Assembly (NCBI GenBank): GCA_963746845.1
Contig: CAVVCZ010000006.1
Location: 256,001 to 320,000 of the forward strand
DNA from: an uncultured Chloroflexia bacterium
Lineage (GTDB): Bacteria > Chloroflexota > Limnocylindria > Limnocylindrales > CSP1-4
DNA length: 64,000 nucleotides
Reading direction: 5' to 3'
In this document: positions 9,837 through 20,008 of the stretch, in pieces
Layout: each line of letters opens with the position of its first letter
Numbering within the stretch: position 1 is the first letter of the stretch
The notes under the pieces: generated by a model
Seen by the model: only the letters and a program-made list of their open reading frames with translations
What the model was told of the DNA's origin: nothing
The model's database searches: none
Position numbers and translations under genes: made by a program

Positions 9837-10424
9837 TCAGGGGCGGGCAGGCGACGAGGGCCGGGCAGGCGACGCAAGCAGACGCCCCTCGAGCGCTCGC
9901 ATCTCCCTCTCCTCCCCAGGGTCGGCGTGGTCCCAGCCGCATAGGTGGAGCGCGCCGTGCGTCACGAGGAGACGGAGCTCGTCGGCGGGGGACCAGCGGA
10001 CGGACCCGGTCTGGCCGCCGCGGCCCTGGACGGCCTGCTCGGCCGCGCGCTCGACGGAGACCACGATGTCGCCGAGGTGCGTGCGCCGGCCGGGCGGGCC
10101 GGTGAACGCCTCGGGTGATCCGGCCGCCTGCGTGACCCGCCGCGAGGGGGCGCCGGGATGGGCAGGAAACGCCGAGGGTGGCAGCAGCGGAAACGACAGG
10201 ACGTCGGTCGGGCCGTCGTGACCGAGGTGCGTCACGTTCAGCTCGGCCAGCTCGGCGTCGTCCGACAGGATCAACCCCACGGACGCGGGCTCGGGCGCGC
10301 CGGCCGCAGACAGCGCGGCCGCGATCGCCCGGGCAAGGGCCGCGACGGCGATGGGCAGCGGGCGCGCCACCGTGTTGCGCACGACGGGATCGATCCGCCA
10401 GGGACCGGCGTAGACCGCCCTCAC
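9837..10424 (-). CDS. ybeY: rRNA maturation endoribonuclease YbeY
   Basis: PTDVLSFP, LGDIVVS, HGALHLCGWDH; GTG start overlaps the stop of the upstream HD gene. Confidence 0.93.
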   Translation of the reverse strand: MRAVYAGPWRIDPVVRNTVARPLPIAVAALARAIAAALSAAGAPEPASVGLILSDDAELAELNVTHLGHDGPTDVLSFPLLPPSAFPAHPGAPSRRVTQAAGSPEAFTGPPGRRTHLGDIVVSVERAAEQAVQGRGGQTGSVRWSPADELRLLVTHGALHLCGWDHADPGEEREMRALEGRLLASPARPSSPARP

Positions 10425-12589
10425 GCCCCCGTGCCGGTGCCGGTGCCCCGTCGCGTCTCCAGCTCGACCACCTTGTTCTGCGGGTACGCGATCCGCTGGT
10501 GGTACATCCCGAGGAGCTGCTGGACGAACGCTTCCTTGATCTTCTCGACATCGCGCATCGTCAGGTCGCACTCGTCGAACTGGCCGTCGGCGATCCGCTC
10601 GTCGATGATCCGCGCGACCATCGCCCGGATCGCCGGCTCGTCGCGCGACGAGAGCGACCGCACCGACGCCTCGACCCCGTCCGCCAGCATGATCAGCGCC
10701 GACTCGCGCGACTGGGGCTTCGGCCCCGAGTGGCGGTACTTGCGCTCGTCGACTGCGGCCGCGGCCTTCGCGCCTTCGGCCGTCTGCGGGCCGCCGTAGG
10801 GTTCGGCCGCGAGGCCCTTGGCTCGTGCGTAGAAGTAGCTGAGATGCGCCGTCCCGTGATGCTGCGGGATGAACGCGATCAGCGCCTTCGGCAGCTTCGC
10901 CTTGTACGCGATGTCGATGCCGTCGGGGACGTGCGACTTCAGGACCTGGGCCGATGTCTCCGGGTCGAGCTCGTCGTGGATGTTCTCGCCGCCCGACTGG
11001 TTCTCGATGAAGGCCAGCGGGTTCGCGAGCTTGCCGATGTCGTGGTAGTACGCCGCCACGCGGGTGAGGAGCGGATCGGCGCCGATCGCCTCCGCCGCCC
11101 GTTCCGCGAGGTTCCCGACCATCAGCGAGTGGTGGTAGGTGCCGGGCGTCTCCACCAGCAGCCGGCGGAGGAGCGGCTGGGACGGGTTCGCCAGCTCGAG
11201 CAGCTGGAACACGGTCAGGATCCCGAAGACGCTCCCGAGGACGGCGAACAAGCCGACGGCAGCGACCGCCGAGCCCGCGGCGGCAACAACCGAGGCGCCC
11301 ATCAGCTCGATGACGCCGCGGGCGTCGTGCGAACCGAGGAACCCGAACATCGCGACCACGAGCACGTTGACGATCGCGACGGTCAGGCCGGATCGAACGA
11401 ACACCTGGAAGCGATCGCCGCGACCGATCGTGATGATCCCGGCCATCCCGCCGAGGAAGATGTACGTCACGAGCTCGAGCTGGGTCAGGGTCGGGTTCAC
11501 GGCCCCGCCGATCACCGCGATCAGGGCCATGACGATCATCGCGACGGTCGAGTCGAGAAGGATCGCGAGGAGCATCCCCGCGGCGGCCGTCGGGACGATG
11601 TACGCCAGACCCGGGCGACCGGCCGTCAGCTTCAGCAGGAGCGCCGTCCCGACGACGATCAGCCCGATCAGCATCAACGCATTCGTCCGGTGCCACAGCT
11701 CGCGGCGGAACCGCCAGATCCAGCTGAGCAGGACCGCGACGATGAGACAGGCGAGGAGGAACCAGCCCCCGAGCCGGAGGACATCGGGCTTCGCCTCGGT
11801 GAGACCGAACTTGTCGATCGCCTCCATGTCGACGTCGGTGACCTTCTCGCCGCGGCGGACGATGATCTCGCTGAGCCCGTAGTCGACGATGACGTTCGGG
11901 ATCGCCTCGGCCGCCTTGACCTTCGCCTGGTCCGTGAGGTCCGCGCTGAACGTGCTGTTCGGCACAATCAGGGGCGAGATCAGCTCTGCGGCGAGACTCC
12001 GCTCCTTGTCGTCGAGGAGGGCCATCTTCGTCGACAGGTTCACGCGGGTCGTCTCGACGTTCGTGTCGCGGAGCTCGTCACGCTCGGTCATGTCGAGGAC
12101 ACGCGAGGCCTCGGCGCGGATCGCCTTCCAGCGCTCGGCCGTCAGGCCCTCGAGGGTCGCGCGCGCCTCGTCGCTCAGGCTCGGCAGGGCGTTCTCGAGG
12201 ATCGCCTTCCGGGCATCCTCCTTCACGACGGGATCGAATGCCTGGTCGACCGGGGTGACCCGGTTCTCGAACGTCGCGAGCTGGACGCGGGCGATCCCGA
12301 TCGCCTTCTCGGCGGTGTAGTCGTAGACCGGCGCGATGGCCTCGCTCGCCTTGTCCTTCGCCTGCTGGGTCTGGATGGCGCTGACGTACGAGTCCTGGCG
12401 CGGCGCGACGATGTCGGCCGAGGCGACGTCGCCGACCGTGATGTCGAGCCGTTGCGGGACGAGGTCGAGGGCGAAGATCGCCGTCAGTGACACGATCAGG
12501 ATGACCGCCGAGATGACGAGGCGCGTCAGATCACGGCCGGTGAAGGTGGAGGCGGCCTGGGTCGCGCGGGTCGCGCGGCGGCTCAGCAT
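10421..12589 (-). CDS. 7TM-HD family phosphohydrolase (PgpH-like c-di-AMP phosphodiesterase)
   Basis: N-terminal TM, extracellular domain, multiple TMs, LLELANP, PGTYHHS, YYHDIGK, QHHGT, MLADGVEA. Confidence 0.92.
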   Translation of the reverse strand: MLSRRATRATQAASTFTGRDLTRLVISAVILIVSLTAIFALDLVPQRLDITVGDVASADIVAPRQDSYVSAIQTQQAKDKASEAIAPVYDYTAEKAIGIARVQLATFENRVTPVDQAFDPVVKEDARKAILENALPSLSDEARATLEGLTAERWKAIRAEASRVLDMTERDELRDTNVETTRVNLSTKMALLDDKERSLAAELISPLIVPNSTFSADLTDQAKVKAAEAIPNVIVDYGLSEIIVRRGEKVTDVDMEAIDKFGLTEAKPDVLRLGGWFLLACLIVAVLLSWIWRFRRELWHRTNALMLIGLIVVGTALLLKLTAGRPGLAYIVPTAAAGMLLAILLDSTVAMIVMALIAVIGGAVNPTLTQLELVTYIFLGGMAGIITIGRGDRFQVFVRSGLTVAIVNVLVVAMFGFLGSHDARGVIELMGASVVAAAGSAVAAVGLFAVLGSVFGILTVFQLLELANPSQPLLRRLLVETPGTYHHSLMVGNLAERAAEAIGADPLLTRVAAYYHDIGKLANPLAFIENQSGGENIHDELDPETSAQVLKSHVPDGIDIAYKAKLPKALIAFIPQHHGTAHLSYFYARAKGLAAEPYGGPQTAEGAKAAAAVDERKYRHSGPKPQSRESALIMLADGVEASVRSLSSRDEPAIRAMVARIIDERIADGQFDECDLTMRDVEKIKEAFVQQLLGMYHQRIAYPQNKVVELETRRGTGTGTGA

Positions 12590-12595
12590 CGGCGG

Positions 12596-13096
12596 TCAGG
12601 CGTCCTGCGGGCCGTCGCCATGGGACACGCCCGCGTGCGCCGCGAGATCCGTCTGGGCGAGGGCGCGGGCAACCAGCTCCGAGACGCGACGACCGTCGGC
12701 GCGGCCCTTCGTCCGCGGGGACAGCCAGCCCATGACCTTGCCCATGTCACGGGCGTTGGACGCGCCGGTGGCCGCGATCGCTTCGTCGACGAGGCGCTGG
12801 ATCGCCGCGTCGTCGAGCGGCTCGGGCAGGTATTCGGCGAGGATCGCGATCTCCGCCTCCTCCTTCGACGCGAGGTCCTCGCGACTGCCCTTCCGGAACG
12901 CCTCGACCGATTCGCGGCGGGTCTTCACCTCGCGCGTCAGGATCGCGGCGACGTCGTCGTCGCCGAGCTCGCGCCGATCGCGCTTTTCGACGGTGTAGAT
13001 CGCGTTCTGGGCCATGCGCAGGACATCGCGACGCAGCGAGTCACCCGACCGCATCGCAGCGGTGACGTCGGTCTGGATCCGATCTCGAAGGGACAC
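12596..13096 (-). CDS. yqeY: GatB/YqeY domain protein
   Basis: AAMRSGD..RRDVLRM, KTRRESVEAF, EYLP, DMGKVMG, KGRADG; follows rpsU. Confidence 0.92.
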   Translation of the reverse strand: MSLRDRIQTDVTAAMRSGDSLRRDVLRMAQNAIYTVEKRDRRELGDDDVAAILTREVKTRRESVEAFRKGSREDLASKEEAEIAILAEYLPEPLDDAAIQRLVDEAIAATGASNARDMGKVMGWLSPRTKGRADGRRVSELVARALAQTDLAAHAGVSHGDGPQDA

Positions 13097-13172
13097 CGGA
13101 ATGGCTACCTCGGGCGGGCGGGCGTCGCCGGATCAACGGTCGACGGGCCGGGACGCCCTGGGGCGGGTCGGC

Positions 13173-13358
13173 TCAGCCGGCCTGCGTTCGGGCGTTCTTC
13201 TTGCGCTTCGCTTCCTTGCGCTTCCGCTTCACGCTCGGCTTCTCGTAGTGCTCGCGACGGCGAGCCTCGGCGAGGATGCCGGACTGCTGGATCTTCTTGT
13301 TGAAGCGGCGCAGGGCGCTTTCGAACGTCTCGTTCTCACCCACACGGACTTCTGCCAA
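13173..13358 (-). CDS. rpsU: 30S ribosomal protein S21
   Basis: [15 protein letters not shown]...[14 protein letters not shown]; TTG start after AGGAGG. Confidence 0.96.
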   Translation of the reverse strand: MAEVRVGENETFESALRRFNKKIQQSGILAEARRREHYEKPSVKRKRKEAKRKKNARTQAG

Positions 13359-13461
13359 TCCCGGTTCACCTCCTCGCGGCTCAGGTCTCGATCGTGATCC
13401 GTTCGCTCGAAGCCGCAGGCGACACGGATCGCCCGACGCCACAGGGCGACAGGGCCGCCGG

Positions 13462-13490
13462 AGCATAGCCGAGCCCCAAAGGGTGGTCAA
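13462..13490 (-). promoter_or_regulatory. Sigma70-type promoter of rpsU
   Basis: TTGACC-N17-TATGCT on the minus strand. Confidence 0.7.
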
Positions 13491-13609
13491 ACCCCCTGTC
13501 GAGCGGCCGGATCAACGCCCGGACCCACGTCGTTGTGCAATATCACTCAGAGGGAGCCGTATCCATCGCGGCGTCTGAATCGCCCCTCATTCGGCCTCAA
13601 GACCTTGTG

Positions 13610-14356
13610 TCATGCCGCGTCCGAGCGCACGACACAAGAATTCCGCCGCCGGACACGCTCACGGCGCCACGTCGGACCCGGAGTGCCGCCATACCCGGCA
13701 TTGGACAAGAACAGGAGTCCGCGGATCGGGCCGGTCGGCCGGCGCAGCCACGTGCGCAGCGCTCGTCCACGGGCAGGCAGGGCTGTATCGAACACCGGTT
13801 GATGACGTCGCACGCGCCCGCGGGATGTCGGCGACTCGGCCAGGATGAGGAGGCGGCTCCTCGTGATCGGCCGCCATCCTCGTGCGGTGGCGACCTCGGG
13901 CGCGAGGCGCGCCTTGCGGTCGAGGTCGTAGAGCATCGCCTGCAGGTCCGGGACCACCGACTTGACCTCGACCACGAGCAGCGATCGGGTGGACTCATGC
14001 CAGGCAAGGATGTCGATGGAGCCTCGCTCACCCCAGATCGAGAACGACGCTTCGACGGCCGTGGCCCATCCCAGGCGATCGAACATCGCGACCGCGGCGG
14101 CAACGGTCGCGGCGTGCGCCTCGTCCAGGAGTCGGTCGAGCTGCTCGCCGCGCCATCGAACACGCACATCCAGATCGGCGCCCAGGACCATCGCCATCCG
14201 TTGAAGGTCATCGAGGGACGCGCGCGCGAGTCGGCCACGTTCGACGTCGCTGATCACGCCACGCGGGACGCCGACCCGAGCGCTCAGATCCGCCTGCCTG
14301 AGGTTCATCCGGATCCGGAGCGCGCGAAGCGACGATCCAAGTCGGGCTGCATCCAT
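13610..14356 (-). CDS. XRE-type HTH + PD-(D/E)xK nuclease-like protein (copy 1)
   Basis: LRALRIRMNLRQADLS...ISDVERG (XRE); ERGSIDILAWH...LLVVEVKS (D...ExK). Confidence 0.8.
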   Translation of the reverse strand: MDAARLGSSLRALRIRMNLRQADLSARVGVPRGVISDVERGRLARASLDDLQRMAMVLGADLDVRVRWRGEQLDRLLDEAHAATVAAAVAMFDRLGWATAVEASFSIWGERGSIDILAWHESTRSLLVVEVKSVVPDLQAMLYDLDRKARLAPEVATARGWRPITRSRLLILAESPTSRGRVRRHQPVFDTALPARGRALRTWLRRPTGPIRGLLFLSNAGYGGTPGPTWRRERVRRRNSCVVRSDAA

Positions 14357-14418
14357 CGACCGAGCATCTCGCGGAAGGCTTCACCGGCGGTCATCCCGCC
14401 ATCTACCATCGCTCGACC

Positions 14419-16164
14419 ATGGATCAACCCGCCCTCGACAGCGACGCAACGGCGGCGGACGGCGAGCGTCGTTCGGAGGTGACCACGAACGACGCCGACG
14501 AGCCCCGGACGCTGCTCGACCTGCTGGACGGAGCGTTCCGGCGCTACGCCGATCGCCCGGCGCTCGGGCTGTGGCGCGACAACGGCACGCGCAGCACCTG
14601 GACGTACCGCGAGCTCGATCGGCGCAGCCGGCTGGCCGCGTGGCGGCTGCGGACGGAGCTCGGGCTGCAACCCGGCGACCGGATCCTCACCTGGAGCCCG
14701 TCCGGGCCGGAGCTGCCGGCCGCGTACATCGGGGCGATGCGGGCCGGCCTGATCCTCGTCCCGCTCGATCTCCGGATGAGCCAGGATGCGATCCAGGCGA
14801 TCATCGTCCGCGCCGAGCCGCGGCACCTGCTCCTCGGGACCGGGCAGGACGCTCCGCACCCGTCGACCGCCGGCCTTGCCGAGTTCCCGACCACGACGGT
14901 CGACGACCTGACCGCCGAGCCGGACGACGCCGCGGTTGGCGACAGGATGGCGAGGACGGTCGACACGTGGCCGCGTCCCCGCCCCGAGGATGTCTGGGAC
15001 CTGATCTTCACCTCGGGCACGACCGGCACCCCGAAGGGCGTGATGATCGCCCACGACAACCTGCTCGCCACGATGGCCGCGATCAACCGCGTGATCCCGC
15101 CGCTCGACCATCGCGTGATCTCCGTCCTGCCGCTCAGCCACCTGTTCGAGCAGGCGATCGGGCTCATCTACGCGCTGAGCGTCGGCGCCGACATCCTGTA
15201 CGTCCGGAGCCGCAACCCGCGGGTCCTGTTCGCCGCCCTCCAGGCCCACCGGGTCACGAGCATGATCCTCGTGCCGCAGGTGCTCGACCTGTTCTGGACC
15301 GCCATCGAGCGCGAAGCCGACCGGAGCGGGCGACGCAAGCTCTTCGACCGCCTCAGGGGGATCGCGGGTCACCTCCCCTACCCGGCCCGCCGCCTCCTGT
15401 TCCGGAGCGTCCACGGGCGGCTCGGCGGCAGCCTCAGCCTGTTCGTCAGCTCCGGCGCGTTCCTGCCGCCCGCGCTCCAGCAGTCCTGGGAGGACCTCGG
15501 CGTCGTCGTCATCCAGGGCTACGGCAGCAGCGAGAACGGGTTCGGGACGTGCACGACCCACGAAGACCACGGCCTGGGGACGGTGGGGCGGCCGATGCCC
15601 CCGGTCGAGCTCCGGATCGCCGACGACGGTGAGGTCCTCTTCCGCGGCCCGACCCTGTTCAAGGGCTACTGGCGCGACCCCGAGGCCACCGCGCGCGCGA
15701 TCGACCCCGACGGCTGGTACCACACGGGCGACATCGGCCACCTCGACGATGGCGGCCGCCTCGTGCTCAGCGGCCGGACCAAGGACCGGATCGTCCTGCC
15801 GAACGGCTTCAAGGTCTACCCCGAGGACCTCGAGAACGCGCTCCGGATCGCGGGGATCCGTGATGCTGTCGTGCTCGAGACCGAGCCCGGCCGGATCGAG
15901 GCGGTGGCGCTGCTCCGAGGCGCCGGCGTGGAGACCGCCGAGGCCGCCAGGCCGGTGATGGACGCCGCGGTCCGGGCGGCCAACGCGAGCCTGGGGCCGC
16001 AGCAACGGATCGCGGCATGGAGGCTGTGGCCGGAGGACGACTTCCCGCGGACCCATACCCTGAAGATCCGGCGCGACCCGATCCGGGCGTGGCTCGACGG
16101 CGACGCGCACGCGGCCGGCGACGCGCACGCGGCGACCGAAGCGGCAGTCAGCTCGGGACGGTGA
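14419..16164 (+). CDS. AMP-binding enzyme, long-chain acyl-CoA synthetase-like
   Basis: IFTSGTTGTPKGV, LPLSHLFE, QGYGSSE, GWYHTGDIG, GRTKDRIV; alternative start 14479. Confidence 0.92.
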   Translation: MDQPALDSDATAADGERRSEVTTNDADEPRTLLDLLDGAFRRYADRPALGLWRDNGTRSTWTYRELDRRSRLAAWRLRTELGLQPGDRILTWSPSGPELPAAYIGAMRAGLILVPLDLRMSQDAIQAIIVRAEPRHLLLGTGQDAPHPSTAGLAEFPTTTVDDLTAEPDDAAVGDRMARTVDTWPRPRPEDVWDLIFTSGTTGTPKGVMIAHDNLLATMAAINRVIPPLDHRVISVLPLSHLFEQAIGLIYALSVGADILYVRSRNPRVLFAALQAHRVTSMILVPQVLDLFWTAIEREADRSGRRKLFDRLRGIAGHLPYPARRLLFRSVHGRLGGSLSLFVSSGAFLPPALQQSWEDLGVVVIQGYGSSENGFGTCTTHEDHGLGTVGRPMPPVELRIADDGEVLFRGPTLFKGYWRDPEATARAIDPDGWYHTGDIGHLDDGGRLVLSGRTKDRIVLPNGFKVYPEDLENALRIAGIRDAVVLETEPGRIEAVALLRGAGVETAEAARPVMDAAVRAANASLGPQQRIAAWRLWPEDDFPRTHTLKIRRDPIRAWLDGDAHAAGDAHAATEAAVSSGR

Positions 16165-16711
16165 ACCCGATCCCGAGCGTGTTCAGCGCGTCCGCCACCT
16201 TCCCGGCGGTCGGGTCCGACGAGGCCGCCGGCAGCCACGAGTAGAGGATCAGCGTCGACCCGACCTGGCGGAGCACGTGCTGAGTCCCGAGCGGGAACTG
16301 GACCTTGCCGTTCCCCGTGCCGAGGTACCCCGCCTCCTCGTTGCCGGCGTCGACCGCGTGCGCCGAATCGGGAAACTCGTACACGACGATGAAGCCCTCG
16401 TCGGGTTGATCGGGCAGGACGACCTGGTAGACCGCCCGCGGCGCATCGCGCAGACGGCCCGATTCGGCCGGCTGGTACGGCCGGGTCGCGTCACCGAACT
16501 CGACGGCCACGGTCTGGAGCGCCCGGGTGATCTCGCCGCGCGTCTGGGCCGCGGCGGCACCGGCGGTCGACGACGGTCCGACCGATGGGGGTGCGAGCGA
16601 CGCCGCCGACTCCGTCGCGCCGAAGCCGCAGCCGGCGAGGCCGAGGGCAAGCGCGACCGCGACGACGACCGGCCCGAGGGCCGCTCGCCCGAACCGGATC
16701 CGGACCCTCAT
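16148..16711 (-). CDS. Hypothetical lipoprotein
   Basis: Signal peptide with lipobox LAGC; ATG overlaps the HIT stop. Confidence 0.75.
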   Translation of the reverse strand: MRVRIRFGRAALGPVVVAVALALGLAGCGFGATESAASLAPPSVGPSSTAGAAAAQTRGEITRALQTVAVEFGDATRPYQPAESGRLRDAPRAVYQVVLPDQPDEGFIVVYEFPDSAHAVDAGNEEAGYLGTGNGKVQFPLGTQHVLRQVGSTLILYSWLPAASSDPTAGKVADALNTLGIGFTVPS

Positions 16712-17073
16712 CCGGGCGGCCAGTCGAACGCTCGGCCGCCCATCAGGTGGAGATGGAGGTGATCGACCGTCTGGCCGCCCCATCGACCGACATTGCTCAC
16801 GATCCGGTAGCCGGCGTCGGCGATCCCCTGCTCCCGGGCGATCTCGGCGGTGGTCGCGAAGAGCCGCCCGAGGAGCGGTCCGTCGTCGTCGGTCAGGTCA
16901 GCCGCCGAGTCGATGTGGACCTTGGGGATCACGAGGATGTGGGTCGGGCTGCGAGGCGCGATGTCGTGGAAGGCCAGGACCAGATCGTCATCGGCGACGA
17001 CCGTCGCTGCCAGCTCGCCCCGGACGATCCGGCAGAACAGGCAATCCGGGCGGGACGATCGATCAGCGGACAT
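16708..17073 (-). CDS. hit: HIT family (Hint-like) nucleotide-binding protein
   Basis: DCLFCRI, AFHDIAP, GQTVDHLHLHLMGG histidine triad. Confidence 0.95.
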   Translation of the reverse strand: MSADRSSRPDCLFCRIVRGELAATVVADDDLVLAFHDIAPRSPTHILVIPKVHIDSAADLTDDDGPLLGRLFATTAEIAREQGIADAGYRIVSNVGRWGGQTVDHLHLHLMGGRAFDWPPG

Positions 17074-18526
17074 CGACGGGCGCTCCGAGCGGGCCGGGGT
17101 GACGGGACAGCGACAGGATTCGGCCCACGACGCGGTCGCGCATCGAGGGGTCCACGGCGTCGACGACGATCCGCGCGACGGCGTTCTCGAGGTCGCCGTC
17201 CCCGGCGGGCGGCGACGCCGCCACGAGCGTGTGATCCGCGGCGTGACCGACCCACCGGCCGTCGTCGAGCCGCGTCTCCAGGAGGACGTCCGCCGTCGCC
17301 CCGACGTGCGCCGCGGCCCACCGAGCCCGCGCGTCGGCGCCGACCGCGAGGAGCTCGGCCGCGCGGCGCTTCTTCGTCGGCTCGTCGAGCTGGCCGGTCA
17401 TCCGCGTCGCGGCCGTGCCGGGTCGCGGGGAGTAGCGGAAGACGTGCAGCCCGGCGAGGTCGAGCGACCGGATGAAGCCGACCGAGCGATCCCACGCGGC
17501 GTCGTCCTCCGACGGGAAGCCAACGATCGCGTCCGCGTGGATCGCAACCCCGGGGAGTGCCGCACGGATCCGCGCGACGATCCCGGCATAGTCGGCCGAC
17601 AGGTAGCGCCGGCCCATCCGGCGGAGCACTCCGTCATCGCCCGACTGGAGCGGCAGGTGCACGTGGGGCATCGTGCGCGGCGCGCCGTCGGCCCAGACCC
17701 GGAGCAGCTCGTCGTCGACGTGCTGCGGCTCGATCGACGAGATCCGGATCCGCTCGACGTTGGTCTCGTCGAGGAGACGGCGGACGAGGCCGGCGAGGGT
17801 CAGCGCCGAGCGGGTGTGGGAGCCGCGGAAGCCGCGCTCGGACCAGCCGCCGTCGTATGTCCCGACGTTGATCCCGGTCAGGACGATCTCGCGATGCCCG
17901 GCCGCGAGCGCCGACCGGACGTCGGCCAGCACCACGTCCGGGTCGAGGCTCCGCTCCGCGCCGCGGGCGGCCGGAATGATGCAGTAGGTGCAGAAGAACG
18001 AGCAGCCGTCCTGGACTTTGACGAATGCGCGGGTCCGTTCGACCGACGCCCGTCCGTCGACGATGCCGTCGATCGGCTCGACGCCCGACAGGGTGGGCAG
18101 CGCTCGCGAGAGCCGGCCGCCGGCCGCCGGCCCGTCGGTCTCCCGCGGGCCGAGCAGCGTGTCCAGCTCCGCGAGCAGAGCGTCCTTCGAGCGGTTGTCG
18201 ACGAGACGCGCTGCGGGATCGGCGGCGCTGAAGGCGTCGCGACCGATCTGGACCGAGCAGCCGGTCACGACGATCTCGGCGTCGGGGCTGGCACGCCGGG
18301 CGGCGCGGACGGCGTGGCGCGATTTCGCGTCCGCCTCCACCGTCACCGAGCAGGTGTTGACGAGGACGAGGCCGGCCCGCTCCCGCGCGTCGACGACCGT
18401 GATGCCGCGCTCGCGGAGCCGCCGCGCGGCGCCCTCCATCTCGGCCGCGTTGACCTTGCAGCCGAGGTTCGTGATCGCCGCGGTGCGGATCGGCTCGCCG
18501 GCGCGAGCCGACGGCGCGTCCGTCAC
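17063..18526 (-). CDS. mtaB: tRNA methylthiotransferase MtaB
   Basis: LGCKVN, NTCSVT, TGC, KVQDGCSFFCTYC, HLPLQSG, IVGFPSE; sits downstream of prmA. Confidence 0.9.
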   Translation of the reverse strand: MTDAPSARAGEPIRTAAITNLGCKVNAAEMEGAARRLRERGITVVDARERAGLVLVNTCSVTVEADAKSRHAVRAARRASPDAEIVVTGCSVQIGRDAFSAADPAARLVDNRSKDALLAELDTLLGPRETDGPAAGGRLSRALPTLSGVEPIDGIVDGRASVERTRAFVKVQDGCSFFCTYCIIPAARGAERSLDPDVVLADVRSALAAGHREIVLTGINVGTYDGGWSERGFRGSHTRSALTLAGLVRRLLDETNVERIRISSIEPQHVDDELLRVWADGAPRTMPHVHLPLQSGDDGVLRRMGRRYLSADYAGIVARIRAALPGVAIHADAIVGFPSEDDAAWDRSVGFIRSLDLAGLHVFRYSPRPGTAATRMTGQLDEPTKKRRAAELLAVGADARARWAAAHVGATADVLLETRLDDGRWVGHAADHTLVAASPPAGDGDLENAVARIVVDAVDPSMRDRVVGRILSLSRHPGPLGAPVDVR

Positions 18527-18981
18527 CACAGCTGCGGCTTCGTGCTCATCAGGAACCCGATCGTCCCGACGAGGGCGGCCATCGCGTAGCTGACGTAGCG
18601 CTGGCGCTTCGCGCGCTCCAGCCAGACCCGGTCGTCCGCGGCGGCACGGACGCCGACGAGCCGGCGCAGGTTCGGACGCTGCACGAAGAACGCGATCAGG
18701 AGGGTCGCCGCGTAGATCGTCAGCGCGACGAGCAGCCACGTCTGCTGGACGAGGCTCCCGCCCACGACGAGGAGCATCGCGGTGCCGGTCAGCGCCAGCC
18801 CGATCCCGATGATCACGGTTCCGTGGGCCTGCATCCAGAGCAGGAATCGGACGACGGCGTTCGGGCTCTCGTCCGCGGCCCGCCGCGTTCGCAGGGCAAA
18901 GGGCAGGAGGATCGACGGCAGGAACAGGCTGACGGCGAGCACGATATGCGTCGCGAGCAGGAGCGGGAACCAGGCGGGCAT
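18523..18981 (-). CDS. Four-TM membrane protein (DUF2269-like)
   Basis: LLATHI..., ALTG, WLLVAL.IY, C-terminal FLMSTKP. Confidence 0.7.
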   Translation of the reverse strand: MPAWFPLLLATHIVLAVSLFLPSILLPFALRTRRAADESPNAVVRFLLWMQAHGTVIIGIGLALTGTAMLLVVGGSLVQQTWLLVALTIYAATLLIAFFVQRPNLRRLVGVRAAADDRVWLERAKRQRYVSYAMAALVGTIGFLMSTKPQLW

Positions 18982-19002
18982 GCCGCGAGATTGTAGGGCG
19001 GG

Positions 19003-19965
19003 CTACCGACGAACCGCCTCGATGGCCACCCAGTCGCCCTCGTCGGTACGGGCGCGGACGGTCAGGCCCACGGCCAGAAAGGCCTCCCGGACGTCGCCCT
19101 CGCGGTCGACGTAGATCCCCGACGCGAGGAGCGTGCCGCCGGGCCGGAGCTCTGCGGCGAGGAGTGGCGCCAGGGCGATCAGCACCGACGCGATCAGGTT
19201 CGCCAGGACGAGGTCGAACGGCGGCTCGCCGCTCGGCAGGCTGCCGGGCGTGGCCGCGATCCGTCGCGCGAGCCGGTTCCGGGCCGCGTTGGCCGTGGTC
19301 GCCTCGATCGCGATCGGGTCCGTGTCGACACCCAGCACGGACGCGGCGCCGAGCCGCGCGGCGGCGATTGCGAGGATCCCGGAGCCGCAGCCCACGTCCA
19401 GGACGCGACCGCCCGCCAGGACGCCGCGATCGGCGACGTCCTCCAGCGCGGCGAGGCACAGGCGTGTCGTCGGGTGGAGGCCCGTCCCGAAGGCCATGCC
19501 CGGATCGAGCGCGAGCACGACGTCGCCGGGCTGCGCGCGGTGGCGCCGCCACGTCGGGCGGATCACGAGCCGGCGCCCGACGCGGAGCACCGGGAAATAC
19601 GCCTTCCAGGCCTCGGCCCAGTCGGCCTCGTGGACGACGGTCGTCCGGAGGTCGCCGATCGGGCGCAGCTCGAACGCCTGGAGGTGGCCGAGCGCCGTTG
19701 TGACGCGCGCCACGGCCTCCTCGGTCGCGGCGGGGTCGCGCGCCGGCAGATAGGCGCGGACGATCGACGGCCGGGTCGGGTCGACGCGCGCGCCGAGGCC
19801 CTCGTCGACGAGCTCGAACGCGGGCTCCACGCTGGTCCCGCCGGGGGCGACGCGGCCGAGGATCTCCGAGACGGCCTCGACGGCCTCGACGTCGGCCTCG
19901 ACCGAGAGCTCCAGCCAGGCACCTCCAGAACCGGCACCCTCCCCGGTGAGCTGCTGCTCGCTCAC
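19003..19965 (-). CDS. prmA: Ribosomal protein L11 methyltransferase
   Basis: DWAEAWK, LDPGMAFGTGLHPTTRLC, VLDVGCGSGIL, ANL; follows dnaJ. Confidence 0.95.
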   Translation of the reverse strand: MSEQQLTGEGAGSGGAWLELSVEADVEAVEAVSEILGRVAPGGTSVEPAFELVDEGLGARVDPTRPSIVRAYLPARDPAATEEAVARVTTALGHLQAFELRPIGDLRTTVVHEADWAEAWKAYFPVLRVGRRLVIRPTWRRHRAQPGDVVLALDPGMAFGTGLHPTTRLCLAALEDVADRGVLAGGRVLDVGCGSGILAIAAARLGAASVLGVDTDPIAIEATTANAARNRLARRIAATPGSLPSGEPPFDLVLANLIASVLIALAPLLAAELRPGGTLLASGIYVDREGDVREAFLAVGLTVRARTDEGDWVAIEAVRR

Positions 19966-20008
19966 CGAAGGCCGAGGCGACGCTCCTGCGAGCCATCGGC
20001 CTGAGGTT

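Noticed and set aside
13509-14428. GGATCAAC direct repeats flanking HTH-nuclease copy 1 as a target-site duplication
   Set aside because: A third copy occurs at 13130, and no equivalent flanks copy 2; chance cannot be excluded
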